This document shows positions 1 through 9,846 of a DNA stretch of 50,013 nt, in pieces. Origin of the DNA: an uncultured archaeon (GTDB taxonomy: Archaea; Asgardarchaeota; Lokiarchaeia; Sigyniarchaeales; SOKP01); NCBI GenBank assembly GCA_964508365.1, contig CAZDTP010000025.1:1-50013 (forward strand), in the 5' to 3' direction. Made by a program: the position numbers and the translations under genes. The notes beneath the pieces were generated by a model that saw only the letters and a program-made list of their open reading frames with translations, searched no databases and was not told the DNA's origin. The first letter of the stretch is position 1. Every line of letters begins with the position of its first letter.

Positions 1-482
1 TAAGTAAAAGAAAAAAAATTTGGTTATCACCTAAAAGGTGTTAATACCAAAAATTCCACAAAAGTATTAAGCTAAATCAGATATTATTTGAATTGCCCTT
101 TTATAATAAGTTATTATTCTGGTTATTAAGTAGAGTAAAAAAGAATTAATTTAACACTCTAAAGTTCTTTTAAAAAGAACTCTTAAAACTTTGCAAAATT
201 GCTTAAAATTAGAAAAAAAATCTATAACACATATAAGCCTGAAATCAAAATGTTTGAATTAAGAATAAACAACGAACAGGCGATAAAGTTTAGAGAAAAA
301 AGAAAAGACTATTCTCTATCGATAAAGTACAATCTAACTTTTCAATAAAGTCTTGGAAATCTAGTAAACTATTAAAGCTAATTAAGAGAGAAGTAATACA
401 ACAAATAGTTTAGATATTTTTCTAAAAACTTTAATTAAGATACTCATTTTACTTTCTCGAAGACAAAAATGTGTGTACGGTT

Positions 483-1691
483 ATGAAAATTCCTAGGTTT
501 GGAAAAGATTTTTTACTTTTAGCGCTTCGCATAAACAAAATTGATAAAGGTTATGTTGATTTTTATGTTGGTCCAAAAAAAATATGCAAAATTGTCAACA
601 AAGAGTCAATAAAGTCACCAAACAAACTGCTAGGTGATTGCATAACTTTGGAAACAAAATTGTTTAATCAAGGTTATGATAAAAAACGTGAACAATACTT
701 AGAAAAAATGTTGGTATCGATGAAGACTTCAATCGAAATTTTGAATGGAGTCAAAATCCCTTTCAAAGAGCAGTTTTTAGGGTTATATGATGTGAATTTG
801 GGACCTGTCAACGAATCTGAATTAACTGACTTAAAAGAAGAGTTTAACGAGGCTTACGGAAGATCAGGGAGTCTAAAAGAAGGGATGAATGGTATAAGAA
901 TTCGACGAAAAGTTCCTCAGAATAGAGTTCTTACAATGTTTAAAAAAGCATTGAGCATTACAGAAGAACGAACCAAAGAACTATTTACGGATCTCATACC
1001 AAAAAAAGAGAAAATTTTTATCAAGTTAGTGAATAATACCAATAGCGATGATTTGAAATGGCCTTATTACGAGTGGTATTTAGGTAATTTTCGCTCTCGA
1101 TTAGAGATCAATCCATCTTATAACATGTATTGGAGTGCTTTCTTGTCTGCTGCCGCTCACGAGGGGTATCCTGGACACCACACGGAATTTTCTGTCAAAG
1201 AACAGAAGTTGTATCGTGAGTTAAATCAATTTGAACATTCAATATTAGTACTTAAATCACCAAAGCTCATTATTAGCGAAGGGATAGCAAATATCGCTGC
1301 TAATGTGCTCTTCTCTTATCGAGATCACGCAGAAATTGAATTGCATAATTTTTGTCCAGACTCGTCAAAAGAAGATTCTCATGAAATGTTAGCAATGCAA
1401 TACAAAGCAAAAAGAAAACAATCGCTTTTATGGTATAATCTTGCTTATCACGCGCTTGTAGACAAGTGGAGCGAAGAAAGGTTAATTCGATACGCAAATA
1501 ATTATGAAATCTTTAACCAAAAAGACATAAAAAATTTACTAAAATTAATTTCTGACCCTACCTATTCAACAACTGTTTTTTCGTATAATCTTGGTCGTAA
1601 TCTCATAAAAAACAAATATGGTGAATTTCCTTCTGTAAAAAACTTTCGAAATCTGCTCGTAAACCCGATTTTACCTTCAGATTTACAGTAA
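483..1691 (+). CDS. DUF885-like zincin metallopeptidase, copy 1 (likely start ATG 483; ORF track starts at GTG 471)
   Basis: AAHEGYPGHH and downstream SEGIAN motifs match the DUF885 HExxPGH / EGxA pattern; paralogous to 7930-9126 and 18552-19763; no signal peptide visible. Confidence 0.75.
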   Translation: MKIPRFGKDFLLLALRINKIDKGYVDFYVGPKKICKIVNKESIKSPNKLLGDCITLETKLFNQGYDKKREQYLEKMLVSMKTSIEILNGVKIPFKEQFLGLYDVNLGPVNESELTDLKEEFNEAYGRSGSLKEGMNGIRIRRKVPQNRVLTMFKKALSITEERTKELFTDLIPKKEKIFIKLVNNTNSDDLKWPYYEWYLGNFRSRLEINPSYNMYWSAFLSAAAHEGYPGHHTEFSVKEQKLYRELNQFEHSILVLKSPKLIISEGIANIAANVLFSYRDHAEIELHNFCPDSSKEDSHEMLAMQYKAKRKQSLLWYNLAYHALVDKWSEERLIRYANNYEIFNQKDIKNLLKLISDPTYSTTVFSYNLGRNLIKNKYGEFPSVKNFRNLLVNPILPSDLQ

Positions 1692-1842
1692 AGCTAATTT
1701 TCTTCCATGTACTGTTTTTTATCAGTAAAAATTTCCAATTTAACAGAATATTTTTATAGTTCTTTATGTTAATTTATCAATTTTATAAAACAAATAGAGA
1801 ATTAGTCATTCAATTTAAATCACAATAATTTTAATTTTTGTC

Positions 1843-1854
1843 GAAGTTTAAATA
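1843..1854 (+). promoter_or_regulatory. TATA-like box upstream of nonapeptide ORF 1
   Basis: GAAGTTTAAATA, identical to 19841-19852 upstream of nonapeptide ORF 4. Confidence 0.5.
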
Positions 1855-1960
1855 AATTTCATCAGATAATAAAATAGGTTTAAAAGCGTCTCTAAGCAAA
1901 TTCGAATTTAAGAGAATAACGTGCTTATTGCATTTTATTTAACTAATGAAGTGAGAAAAA

Positions 1961-1990
1961 ATGCCTGGTCAATCAAATGCTATACCGTAA
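1961..1990 (+). CDS. Nonapeptide micro-ORF 1, MPGQSNAIP
   Basis: GTGAGAAAAA-ATG CCT GGT CAA TCA AAT GCT ATA CCG TAA; same length and consensus as three other copies, each downstream of a DUF885-like gene. Confidence 0.75.
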   Translation: MPGQSNAIP

Positions 1991-1993
1991 ACG

Positions 1994-2035
1994 GATGTGT
2001 TGTATTAGAACATCATGTATTTTCCTTTTTTTTTT
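1994..2035 (+). terminator. Weak hairpin plus U-tract after nonapeptide 1
   Basis: GATGT...ACATC (1994-2014) followed by a T run at about 2026-2035. Confidence 0.4.
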
Positions 2036-2447
2036 ACCTATATTATCGGTATTCCGATAAGTATCCACTGTCGGGATTGAAGAATGATCTTAAAGTTTCT
2101 AAGATGAAATAATAGGGCAAGAATAAGGATTAGGAATCTTTTTTATTTGATGTAATCATTTTTTGAATTATTAGCGAGGATCTCCTTACTAATATTTGGA
2201 CGAGTTGCTATAGTTATTAGACATTCTCCTGTACCTCTCTGCAGTAGAGCGATGTCTTCTAAATAACTCGTTAATTTTGACTTTCGGGTTAAGCCTTGAG
2301 GGGAAAAATTCTGAGCATCTTTGATTATAGTGATACGGTGTAATATAAAAATTAAATTAATGAATTTTGAATTCAATTGATAATATTCATCAGTATTATT
2401 GGACTCTGTATTTTTTTAAATATAGTTAATCTAATTTAAGTATTAAC

Positions 2448-3656
2448 TTGAGATTATCTGAAACAATACACATAAATAAATCTGACCAACTTTCTAAATT
2501 GTGTCATTTAGCTAAGAATTTACATAATATTGCTAATTGGTATGTAAGACAAGATTTTCTTAAATTAAATAATTTTCTCAATTACTACGATCTGGATTAT
2601 ATCTTAAAAGATAAACAAGTATATAGAAAATTACCCTCCCAGACTTCGCAACAGATTCTAAAGCTAGTTGATAGAAATTGGAGATCGTATTTTAGAGCAT
2701 TGAAGGAATATAGAGCGAAACCAATGAAATTTAAGAAAAAGCCAAGAATTCCACATTATAAAAAGAAGAATGGAGAATATATCGTTATTTTTACAAACCA
2801 GCAATGCAGAATTAAAGAGGGGTATTTATATTTTCCAAAAAAAGTTAATCTCAAACTGTTAAAAACAAGAATAAAGGAAAAAATAAAAGAAGTAAGAATT
2901 TTACCATTAGGAATAAAATATAAAATAGAAATTGTCTATGAAAAAGAAGAGCAGGATTTAGGACTAAATAAAAATAAGATACTGTCAATTGATTTAGGGT
3001 TGAATAACCTTATAGCTGCTGTAAATAATATTGGAGTTGACCCATTTATTATTAAAGGTAAGGTGATAAAATCCATAAATCAATATTACAACAAGCAACT
3101 AGCACATTTCAGAAGCATAGAAAATAAGAAAGGTAATTTTCAAGACACTAAGAGAATTCAAAAACTACATTTAATCAGAAACAATAAAATAAACACCATA
3201 TTTCACCGAATTTCCAAGAATGTAATCAAGTATTGCATTCTAAATAACATAGGAACAATTGTAATGGGTTATAACAATGGATGGAAACAGAAGATAAATA
3301 TCGGAAAAAAGAATAATCAGAACTTTGTTCAAACCCCCTTATTGAAATTGGTAAAACAAATAGAATATAAAGCTCAATTAAAAGGAATTGGCTTCTTAAC
3401 CATTGATGAAGCCTATACTTCTAAGTGTAGTTTTTTGGATAAAGAATCCATTGAAAAACATGAAATATATTTAGGAAAGAGAATTAAAAGAGGGTTGTTT
3501 AGAACATCAAAAGGATTAAAAATCAATGCCGACATAAATGGAGCATATAATATCATGAAAAAAGCATTCCCAAACGCCATTTCGGTTGATGGGATAGAGG
3601 TATTCGGACTAATGCCACAAATAATCCAACAAAACATCGTTGATAATATTATTTGA
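2448..3656 (+). mobile_element. tnpB: IS200/IS605-type TnpB RNA-guided endonuclease, solo (no recognisable tnpA)
   Basis: RuvC-I LSIDLGLNN, IVMGYNNGWKQ, DEAYTSKCS, RuvC-III INADINGAYNI; N-terminal SQTSQQIL helix typical of TnpB. Confidence 0.92.
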
Positions 3657-3860
3657 AATAAAATGAGAACAGTTTAACTCTTTTTAGTAGTCTCAAAGTT
3701 TCTATGATGAAATGTTTTAATGAAACTAGACATAGGAATTATGAATATTTGTTGTGTGGTGGGATTATTTTTCGAAAACTTTTTTAGTTTTATGACTTAG
3801 AGATCATTATATAATTAATAATAATAACTAAGTAAAATATCGAAAAAAAGTGATTTTAAT

Positions 3861-5462
3861 ATGGCACAGTTATCCGGAGTACCTATCCTAATTTTAAAAG
3901 AAGGTGCAGAAAGAAAACAAGGAAAGGATGCCCAAAGAAATAATATAGCTGCAGCTAAAGCGGTAGCAGAAGCCGTAAGAACCACTCTAGGCCCAAAAGG
4001 AATGGACAAAATGCTCGTTGATTCACTAGGAGATGTTACAATTACAAACGATGGAGCAACGATTCTTGATACAATTGATGTCGAACATCCCGCCGCAAAA
4101 ATGATTGTAGAGGTTGCCAAAACGCAAGATGATAAAGTTGGAGATGGAACAACCACAAGCGTAATCATCGCTGGTGAATTATTAAATCTTGCTGAAGAAC
4201 TAATGGAACAAGGTGTACACCCCTCAATTATTTTCAGAGGTTATCGAAAAGCTTTAGTAAAATCTAAGCAAATTTTGCAAGATTTAGCAATAAAAATTGA
4301 TAGTAATGACACTCAAACCCTAATAAAAGTAGCAGAGACCTCAATGAATAGCAAATTGATTGTTGGTGTTAAAAATCATTTTGCTGATATCGCAGTTAGA
4401 GCTGTAAGTCAAGTTAAAGAGGAAAGAGGCGGAAATATATTAATAGATTTAGATCAAATTCAAATTATCAAAAAAGAAGGAAAAAGCTTACTAGATACAA
4501 ATTTGATCGAGGGGATCATTGTAGATAAAGAAATCGTACATCCTATGATGCCAAAATCTCTTAGAAACGCAAAAATTGCGTTAGTCAGTTCTTCTCTCGA
4601 GGTGGAAAAAACGGAGTTTGATGCTGAAATTAGAATACAAACACCTGATCAAATAAATAAATTCCTCGAAGAAGAATCTAATATGTTAAAGTCTCGGGTA
4701 AATAAACTTAAGGATGTGGGTGCAAATGTTGTTTTTTGTCAGAAAGGCATTGACGATAAAGCTCAAAACTTTCTCGCTCAAGAAAACATTATCACCATCC
4801 GTAGAGTGAAACGTTCTGATATGGAAAAACTTGCTCGAGCTACAAATGCAAAAATAATAAACAACATATTTGAAGTTACAAGTGAGGATTTAGGAAAGGC
4901 CGGGAAAGTAGAAGAAAAGAAAATTGGCGATGACAATATGATTTTCGTTTCAGAATGTACCAATCCTAAAGCAGTTAGTATTTTAATAAGAGCAGGCATT
5001 GAACATGTAGTCGATGAGGCAGAAAGAATGCTTCATGATGCATTATCTGTAGTAAGGGCAGCGATAGAAAACCCATATATTTTACCAGGGGGAGGTGCTT
5101 CTGAAATCGAGCTCGCTAAGCGATTGAGGGTTTATGCTCAATCAATTGGGGGAAGAGAACAATTAGCAATTGAAGTTTATGCTAACGCTTTAGAAATTAT
5201 ACCTAAAACTTTGGTTGAAAATGCAGGTTATAATCCTGTTGATTTGTTACTAGAATTACGCTCAAAACACGAATCAGAATCTGGAAATGCGTATGGAATA
5301 AATATGCAATTAGGAAAACCTGATAATATGGAAAATCTGGGTATTATCGAGCCGTTGATGATATTGTCTCAAGCTATTCAATCAGCTACCGAAGTAGCTT
5401 CAATGATTTTAAAAATAGACGATGTAATTGCTGCTTCCGGACTCTCAAAGGGCCCTGAATAA
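3861..5462 (+). CDS. ths: Thermosome (group II chaperonin) subunit
   Basis: [35 protein letters not shown] motifs. Confidence 0.97.
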   Translation: MAQLSGVPILILKEGAERKQGKDAQRNNIAAAKAVAEAVRTTLGPKGMDKMLVDSLGDVTITNDGATILDTIDVEHPAAKMIVEVAKTQDDKVGDGTTTSVIIAGELLNLAEELMEQGVHPSIIFRGYRKALVKSKQILQDLAIKIDSNDTQTLIKVAETSMNSKLIVGVKNHFADIAVRAVSQVKEERGGNILIDLDQIQIIKKEGKSLLDTNLIEGIIVDKEIVHPMMPKSLRNAKIALVSSSLEVEKTEFDAEIRIQTPDQINKFLEEESNMLKSRVNKLKDVGANVVFCQKGIDDKAQNFLAQENIITIRRVKRSDMEKLARATNAKIINNIFEVTSEDLGKAGKVEEKKIGDDNMIFVSECTNPKAVSILIRAGIEHVVDEAERMLHDALSVVRAAIENPYILPGGGASEIELAKRLRVYAQSIGGREQLAIEVYANALEIIPKTLVENAGYNPVDLLLELRSKHESESGNAYGINMQLGKPDNMENLGIIEPLMILSQAIQSATEVASMILKIDDVIAASGLSKGPE

Positions 5463-5506
5463 GAATCAAATTTCTTTTTCTTTTTTTTAAAATTTAAAAA
5501 TATATT

Positions 5507-5968
5507 CTAAAAATCATTTAATCTTTTAAATTCAGCTCCCCAAGAGAATTTAGAGAGAATTAGGTCAGCGTGTTCATTAAAACCTGTAATGTATAATGCA
5601 GCTGCCAACGCCTCAGCTGAACTTAATTTTTCCCATTTACCAAAATTTACAGGATTTGAAGCTAGTAATGAAGGTAATTTCCTGCTATTAGGTAAATTGA
5701 GATTCTTATGAGTAAGAATTTTATTCCAAGAACAATCTACAACCATAAGGCCATAGTTTTCAATAATGGTTCGTTCGTTAATATTTATGATTTTTTTAGA
5801 TAGAGGATTAAGAATAACAGAATTACGGTTTTTTCCTTTTATGTCAGAAACAATTTCTAAAATACCTAATTTCATTAATTTTAGAGCTGTGCATTTTTTT
5901 CTGTCACACTCATTAAGGTGAAGACACACTAATTTTGGAATGGGTTCCTTTGAACTCTGTTTAATCAT
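5507..5968 (-). CDS. tsr3: 16S rRNA aminocarboxypropyltransferase Tsr3
   Basis: ECDRKKCTALKL, VVDCSW, LLASNPVNFGK, LSSAEALAAAL, FSWG motifs. Confidence 0.93.
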   Translation of the reverse strand: MIKQSSKEPIPKLVCLHLNECDRKKCTALKLMKLGILEIVSDIKGKNRNSVILNPLSKKIININERTIIENYGLMVVDCSWNKILTHKNLNLPNSRKLPSLLASNPVNFGKWEKLSSAEALAAALYITGFNEHADLILSKFSWGAEFKRLNDF

Positions 5969-6959
5969 ACTTGAAACTTGTAAGTACGTTAACTGACTTA
6001 ATAAAATTATCAGTAATTTTTTCTGAACCTATTATTTTCATTATAGAGAATATTATGTTCCTTGATTCACACATAATTGGAATACCTCCGTATGAAAGCG
6101 TAAAAAGCGCAACAAATGAAATTTCTTCAGCATTGAGACTTCCTTCTGCCTCTGAAAATTTCAATCTTCCGGAAGGACTAGTTATTATACCAAAGAAATT
6201 CTCAGGATCTTGACCAGATATTGCAATGTAACATAATAAATCACCGATCGAGCTTCCTCCAGACTCCTCTTTCATTTTCTGAAAGGCAACATTAGCACTC
6301 GCAGAAAATGCCTCGACAGAAATCTGTAAATTCTGACCACTAACTTCTCTCGCATCTAATGTTAAGCCTGTTGGACTCACTAAACTATATCTTATAAAAA
6401 TAGGATTTTGCATCGAATCCAGAACGTAACTTATTGCGGGTAAGAGGTTAGTCTGATCAAATTTTTCTGGTGCATAAGATATGAAAGGCACTTCAGATCC
6501 CATACCAAATAGATAAACGGCACTCCGTACTTTATTTGAAAAATCTTCAAAATCTTTCTCAGTTTCACTATTATTACCAAAAAACTCTCCAAGTTTTTGT
6601 TTTATATAATACATAGAACTTGCTAGATTATCAGCATCTAAAGGCCATTCTTTCCGATAATCGTGAACTATAGTTAGAAGAGTATCATTAATCCTAATTG
6701 TTATTAAACAAACTTTGTCAAAAAATGTAAATGAAATAACTTGATCTTTAATATTTAGGTCTTCCCAACTTTCTTCACTTGCTGAGAACGCTGCCGAAGC
6801 TAAACTTGTAATTTGGTTAGGATTAATCTCAATCTCACTTTTTCTTCCAATTTTTGCTATAGATAGTCCATTTAGATCACACAGTATCACCAAAATTGTA
6901 CCTTGAGACGCTCTTAAGATTGACGTCAGGTACTTTATTAAAGAATCTCTCACACTCAT
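5961..6959 (-). CDS. Tandem roadblock/LC7 (LAMTOR-like) domain protein
   Basis: Two repeats of the roadblock pattern: LCDLNGLSI...SLASAAFSASE and LVSPTGLTL...EAFSASANVAF. Confidence 0.7.
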   Translation of the reverse strand: MSVRDSLIKYLTSILRASQGTILVILCDLNGLSIAKIGRKSEIEINPNQITSLASAAFSASEESWEDLNIKDQVISFTFFDKVCLITIRINDTLLTIVHDYRKEWPLDADNLASSMYYIKQKLGEFFGNNSETEKDFEDFSNKVRSAVYLFGMGSEVPFISYAPEKFDQTNLLPAISYVLDSMQNPIFIRYSLVSPTGLTLDAREVSGQNLQISVEAFSASANVAFQKMKEESGGSSIGDLLCYIAISGQDPENFFGIITSPSGRLKFSEAEGSLNAEEISFVALFTLSYGGIPIMCESRNIIFSIMKIIGSEKITDNFIKSVNVLTSFKYD

Positions 6960-7041
6960 AAGAAAACCATATCCTTTCTATCTTTACTATAAATTCTCTC
7001 TGCTTTAATAACAATAATATTAATTCTTAAATATTATCTAC

Positions 7042-7087
7042 TTGACATACTTTTGACATACTTTTGACATACTTTTGACATACTTTT
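7042..7087. repeat. Perfect 11-bp tandem repeat (TTGACATACTT)x4
   Basis: Read directly: ttgacatactt four times plus tt. Confidence 0.97.
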
Positions 7088-7185
7088 AATGAAAAGATAA
7101 TAGATGTCTATTATAAAAAGAAAGAAGTTCAGTTTTAAAAATTTAAGTTAATAACGAGATTGATAATAAAAAAAAAAAATATATT

Positions 7186-7227
7186 GTGAGCTTATATTTC
7201 TTTGTTAAACCTATAAGCAACACCAAA
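7186..7227 (-). terminator. Conserved hairpin after nonapeptide 2, followed by a long U-tract
   Basis: Minus strand TTTGGTGTTGCTTATA...TATAAGCTCAC then a long T run; same flanks as 19983-20033. Confidence 0.7.
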
Positions 7228-7257
7228 TTATGGTACTATTCCGTCAGTATGAGGCAT
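7228..7257 (-). CDS. Nonapeptide micro-ORF 2, MPHTDGIVP
   Basis: Minus strand GTGAGAATA-ATG CCT CAT ACT GAC GGA ATA GTA CCA TAA. Confidence 0.75.
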   Translation of the reverse strand: MPHTDGIVP

Positions 7258-7342
7258 TATTCTCACTTAAATTAATCTTGAAAGTCTAAAGCAATGTAAA
7301 TTTTAACACAATTGCTTTAATCAATTCAATTATTCAAAAAAT

Positions 7343-7354
7343 TATTTAAACTAC
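7343..7354 (-). promoter_or_regulatory. TATA-like box upstream of nonapeptide ORF 2
   Basis: Minus strand GTAGTTTAAATA, 11/12 identical to the boxes of copies 1 and 4. Confidence 0.5.
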
Positions 7355-7369
7355 TAAAAAAACTAGGTT

Positions 7370-7753
7370 TTAAAATAGATCGGACGGAAGAATTGGTTTT
7401 GTAAGCAATTCTTAAAATTTTTTAACCGGAGGAAATTCACCATACCTATCCATTATTAACTTACTTCCTGTATAATATGAGAAGGGTGTGGTTGATAATA
7501 CGGGATCATCTAAAATTTTAATTCGATTTTTAATATCCTTTTCACTATATATTTCGAAAGTATCTGCATATCGAAATAATTTATCTTCGCTCCATTTCTC
7601 AACATGGGCGTAATATCCAAGATTAAACATAATATAACTTACTCTTCTTCTCACACGATTTTGATATGTAAGCTTATTAAGAGAATCTTCTTGTAGTTTA
7701 TTAGGGCAAAATTCATTTAAACCAATTTCTGCTTGTTCTCGATAATTAAAAAT
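7370..7753 (-). pseudogene. 3' remnant of a fourth DUF885-like gene
   Basis: Reads FNYREQAEIGLNEFCP...EFPPVKKF*ELLTKPILPSDLF*, matching the C-termini of the intact copies; N-terminal two thirds including HExxPGH are absent; in-frame TAA at 7412-7414. Confidence 0.88.
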
Positions 7754-7811
7754 TTAATTTAATATCAGGAATTTTACACATTAGAAAAAAAAAAGAAAGT
7801 ATCAAAAATCA

Positions 7812-7841
7812 TTAAGGAACAATGTTACCATCAACAGGCAT
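7812..7841 (-). CDS. Nonapeptide micro-ORF 3, MPVDGNIVP
   Basis: Minus strand GTGAGGGATTTTTTT-ATG CCT GTT GAT GGT AAC ATT GTT CCT TAA, followed by a U-tract. Confidence 0.72.
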   Translation of the reverse strand: MPVDGNIVP

Positions 7842-7893
7842 AAAAAAATCCCTCACTAAATTGATTTGAATTATAATAAATACTAGAAGTGAT

Positions 7894-7905
7894 TATTTAA
7901 AATCC
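7894..7905 (-). promoter_or_regulatory. TATA-like box upstream of nonapeptide ORF 3
   Basis: Minus strand GGATTTTAAATA. Confidence 0.4.
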
Positions 7906-7929
7906 ACAAAAAAAATTATTTTCGAATAA

Positions 7930-9126
7930 TTAGACTAGATCTGAAGATATAACTGGATTGGATAACAAATATTTAAAATCATCTAAATTTGGGGGGAAAC
8001 CAAATTTTTTAGAAATTAAAGCTCTCCCATAATTATAGGTATAATGTACAATTCGATATTTTGGATTTAAGATAAAATCAATATCACTCTCTAAATTTGC
8101 TTTAGGAGTAAAGCCAAATGTCATACCATAATCAATTAATTCTTTCTTAGATAAACCTTCTATATATGTTAGGTTAGTAAGATGAATTTTAAATTTCTTT
8201 AATTTATACTTTAATTCAAATTGTTTAATTAAAGTCTCGACTGAATCTTCTTCTATAGGATTTGGACAAAATTCTTTTATTTCAATCCTAAATTTCTCAA
8301 TTGGAGAGAAAAGAATATACGGAGCGGTTTCAGCGATTCCTTCAATAATAACGCCTACGGGTGTATTCATTAGGACTAGACAATGCTCATTCCAATTTAA
8401 TTTATCATGTAGAAGTTTATTTTTTACAGCAAGTTCAGTATGATGCCCAGGATAACCTTCATGAGCCGCAAGAGGAAAGAAAGTAGTCCAATAATATGGT
8501 TGAGATGGATTTATTTCAATAAGCGAATGAAAATTTCCCTGATATTTATTGTACATCGCCCAGCCAACTCTTTCTTTGGTAAACTGAACATGATATGACT
8601 CTGTTTCAGGGAGTAAATCAGGAAATAATTCTCTTGTGCGACTACGTGTTATTTCAAGGGCTTTTTTAAAATATGGAATTACATGATTCTGAGGAATATA
8701 TCTACGTTCTTTATATGATTCCATTTTCTCCGCTAGAGTTCCTACTCCTAGATAAGCCTCATTAAATTGTTCTTGAAGATCATAGAATTCATCATCCTTA
8801 AATAAATCGGGTTTAATCCCAAGTATGGTTTCAATTTGTTCAAAAAAATCTATATTTTCACCATCAAGCACTTTTAAAAAGGTTTCCATAGCTCCTAAAA
8901 TAGCTCTGAGATAATTTTGTCGTGCAGGATCATCAATCGCTTCAGATAAGTCTTTTTGAAGACTTTTTACCGTTTTAATTAATTGTTTTGGAGATTTAAT
9001 CGGTTCACTTTCAACCATCTTTTTAAATTTTGGAGAACCGTAATAGGCATCAATATAACCATCAAATAGTTTATTAATTCTTAATGCAAGAATTATATAT
9101 TCTTTTATGAATGGATCAATTGTCAT
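7930..9126 (-). CDS. DUF885-like zincin metallopeptidase, copy 2 (likely start MTIDP at 9126; the ORF-track extension to 9354 is probably not coding)
   Basis: LAAHEGYPGHHTE and IIEGIAE motifs; N-terminus aligns with the other copies from MTIDPFIKEYIILALRINK. Confidence 0.78.
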   Translation of the reverse strand: MTIDPFIKEYIILALRINKLFDGYIDAYYGSPKFKKMVESEPIKSPKQLIKTVKSLQKDLSEAIDDPARQNYLRAILGAMETFLKVLDGENIDFFEQIETILGIKPDLFKDDEFYDLQEQFNEAYLGVGTLAEKMESYKERRYIPQNHVIPYFKKALEITRSRTRELFPDLLPETESYHVQFTKERVGWAMYNKYQGNFHSLIEINPSQPYYWTTFFPLAAHEGYPGHHTELAVKNKLLHDKLNWNEHCLVLMNTPVGVIIEGIAETAPYILFSPIEKFRIEIKEFCPNPIEEDSVETLIKQFELKYKLKKFKIHLTNLTYIEGLSKKELIDYGMTFGFTPKANLESDIDFILNPKYRIVHYTYNYGRALISKKFGFPPNLDDFKYLLSNPVISSDLV

Positions 9127-9457
9127 TTTTGTATTTTTTTGATAGATATAATTATATTCAATGAGTTCTTTGATTTTAAATCTTTTATTGGTTATCCATG
9201 ACTCTTTCTTTGTAAAATATATATATAAAAATCTTGATAATTTCAAATAAGAGAATATTGAGTAAAGGAAAGAGAGATAATTGGTTTTTTTGTGTGATTC
9301 GGGAAAAACAATATTAATTCTTAAATATATCTCATTTCTTTTTTTAACCATCAATTTAATCGCAAATAAATTCCATTTTATTTCATTTCTAACTAAAAAA
9401 TTTATTTAGTTTTCTCACCTTAATTACTAAAACAAAAACAAATTTTTATACTTTAAA

Positions 9458-9542
9458 GCGGGAATTGCCAAGTCTGGTCTACGGCGCTGGACTTAGAATC
9501 CAGTCTCAGAGGAGTTCGGGGGTTCAAATCCCTCTTCCCGCA
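9458..9542 (+). tRNA. tRNA-Leu(TAG), intronless, long variable arm
   Basis: Acceptor GCGGGAA/TTCCCGC, anticodon arm CTGGA-CTTAGAA-TCCAG, T-loop TTCAAAT. Confidence 0.97.
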
Positions 9543-9703
9543 TTTAATTTACAATAATAAAAATAGTATATTTTTAATAAGGTAATCATTTCTATTTCTA
9601 TTATAAAAAAATTTAAAATCAAACGTTAATTAAAAAATTATATTTAGAATAGATTTTATTCAATTCTAATAATCATTTTGACATAATTTAAAACAAATAA
9701 TAA

Positions 9704-9805
9704 GCTCTCGTAGTGTAGTCCGGCCAAACTTTCCAAAAAAGAAAGGGCTTGGCATGCTAGGCTTTCACCCTGGTGACCCGGGTTCGAATCCCGGCGAGAG
9801 CACCA
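9704..9805 (+). tRNA. tRNA-Glu(TTC) with a 24-nt D-loop intron at 21/22 (9728-9751); CCA encoded
   Basis: Anticodon loop CTTTCAC; BHB helix GGCC/GGCT, bulges AAA and TGG, outer helix CTTTC/GAAAG; removal restores D-stem GTGT/GCAT. Confidence 0.93.
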
Positions 9806-9846
9806 CCAATAATTGGTGTGAAGCATTGGAAAATTAATATAACCGC

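Noticed and set aside
250-418. Small frameshifted ORF upstream of DUF885 copy 1
   Set aside because: Two short frames could be joined, but there is no motif or homologue to support it.
1921-2112. 63-aa ORF from the track
   Set aside because: No recognisable motif; it overlaps in another frame the nonapeptide ORF, which has an SD and three homologues, so it is treated as spurious.
2143-2376. Divergent 77-aa ORF upstream of tnpB as a TnpA (Y1) remnant
   Set aside because: Orientation fits IS605 and ITIATRPNIS faintly recalls TnpA, but there is no HUH motif or catalytic YxxxQ; not supportable.
7042-7087. CRISPR array
   Set aside because: Repeats are 11 bp and contiguous with no spacers; no cas genes in the window.
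9127-9354. 76-aa N-terminal extension of the DUF885-like ORF
   Set aside because: Low-complexity AT-rich sequence absent from the paralogues; homology starts at MTIDP.
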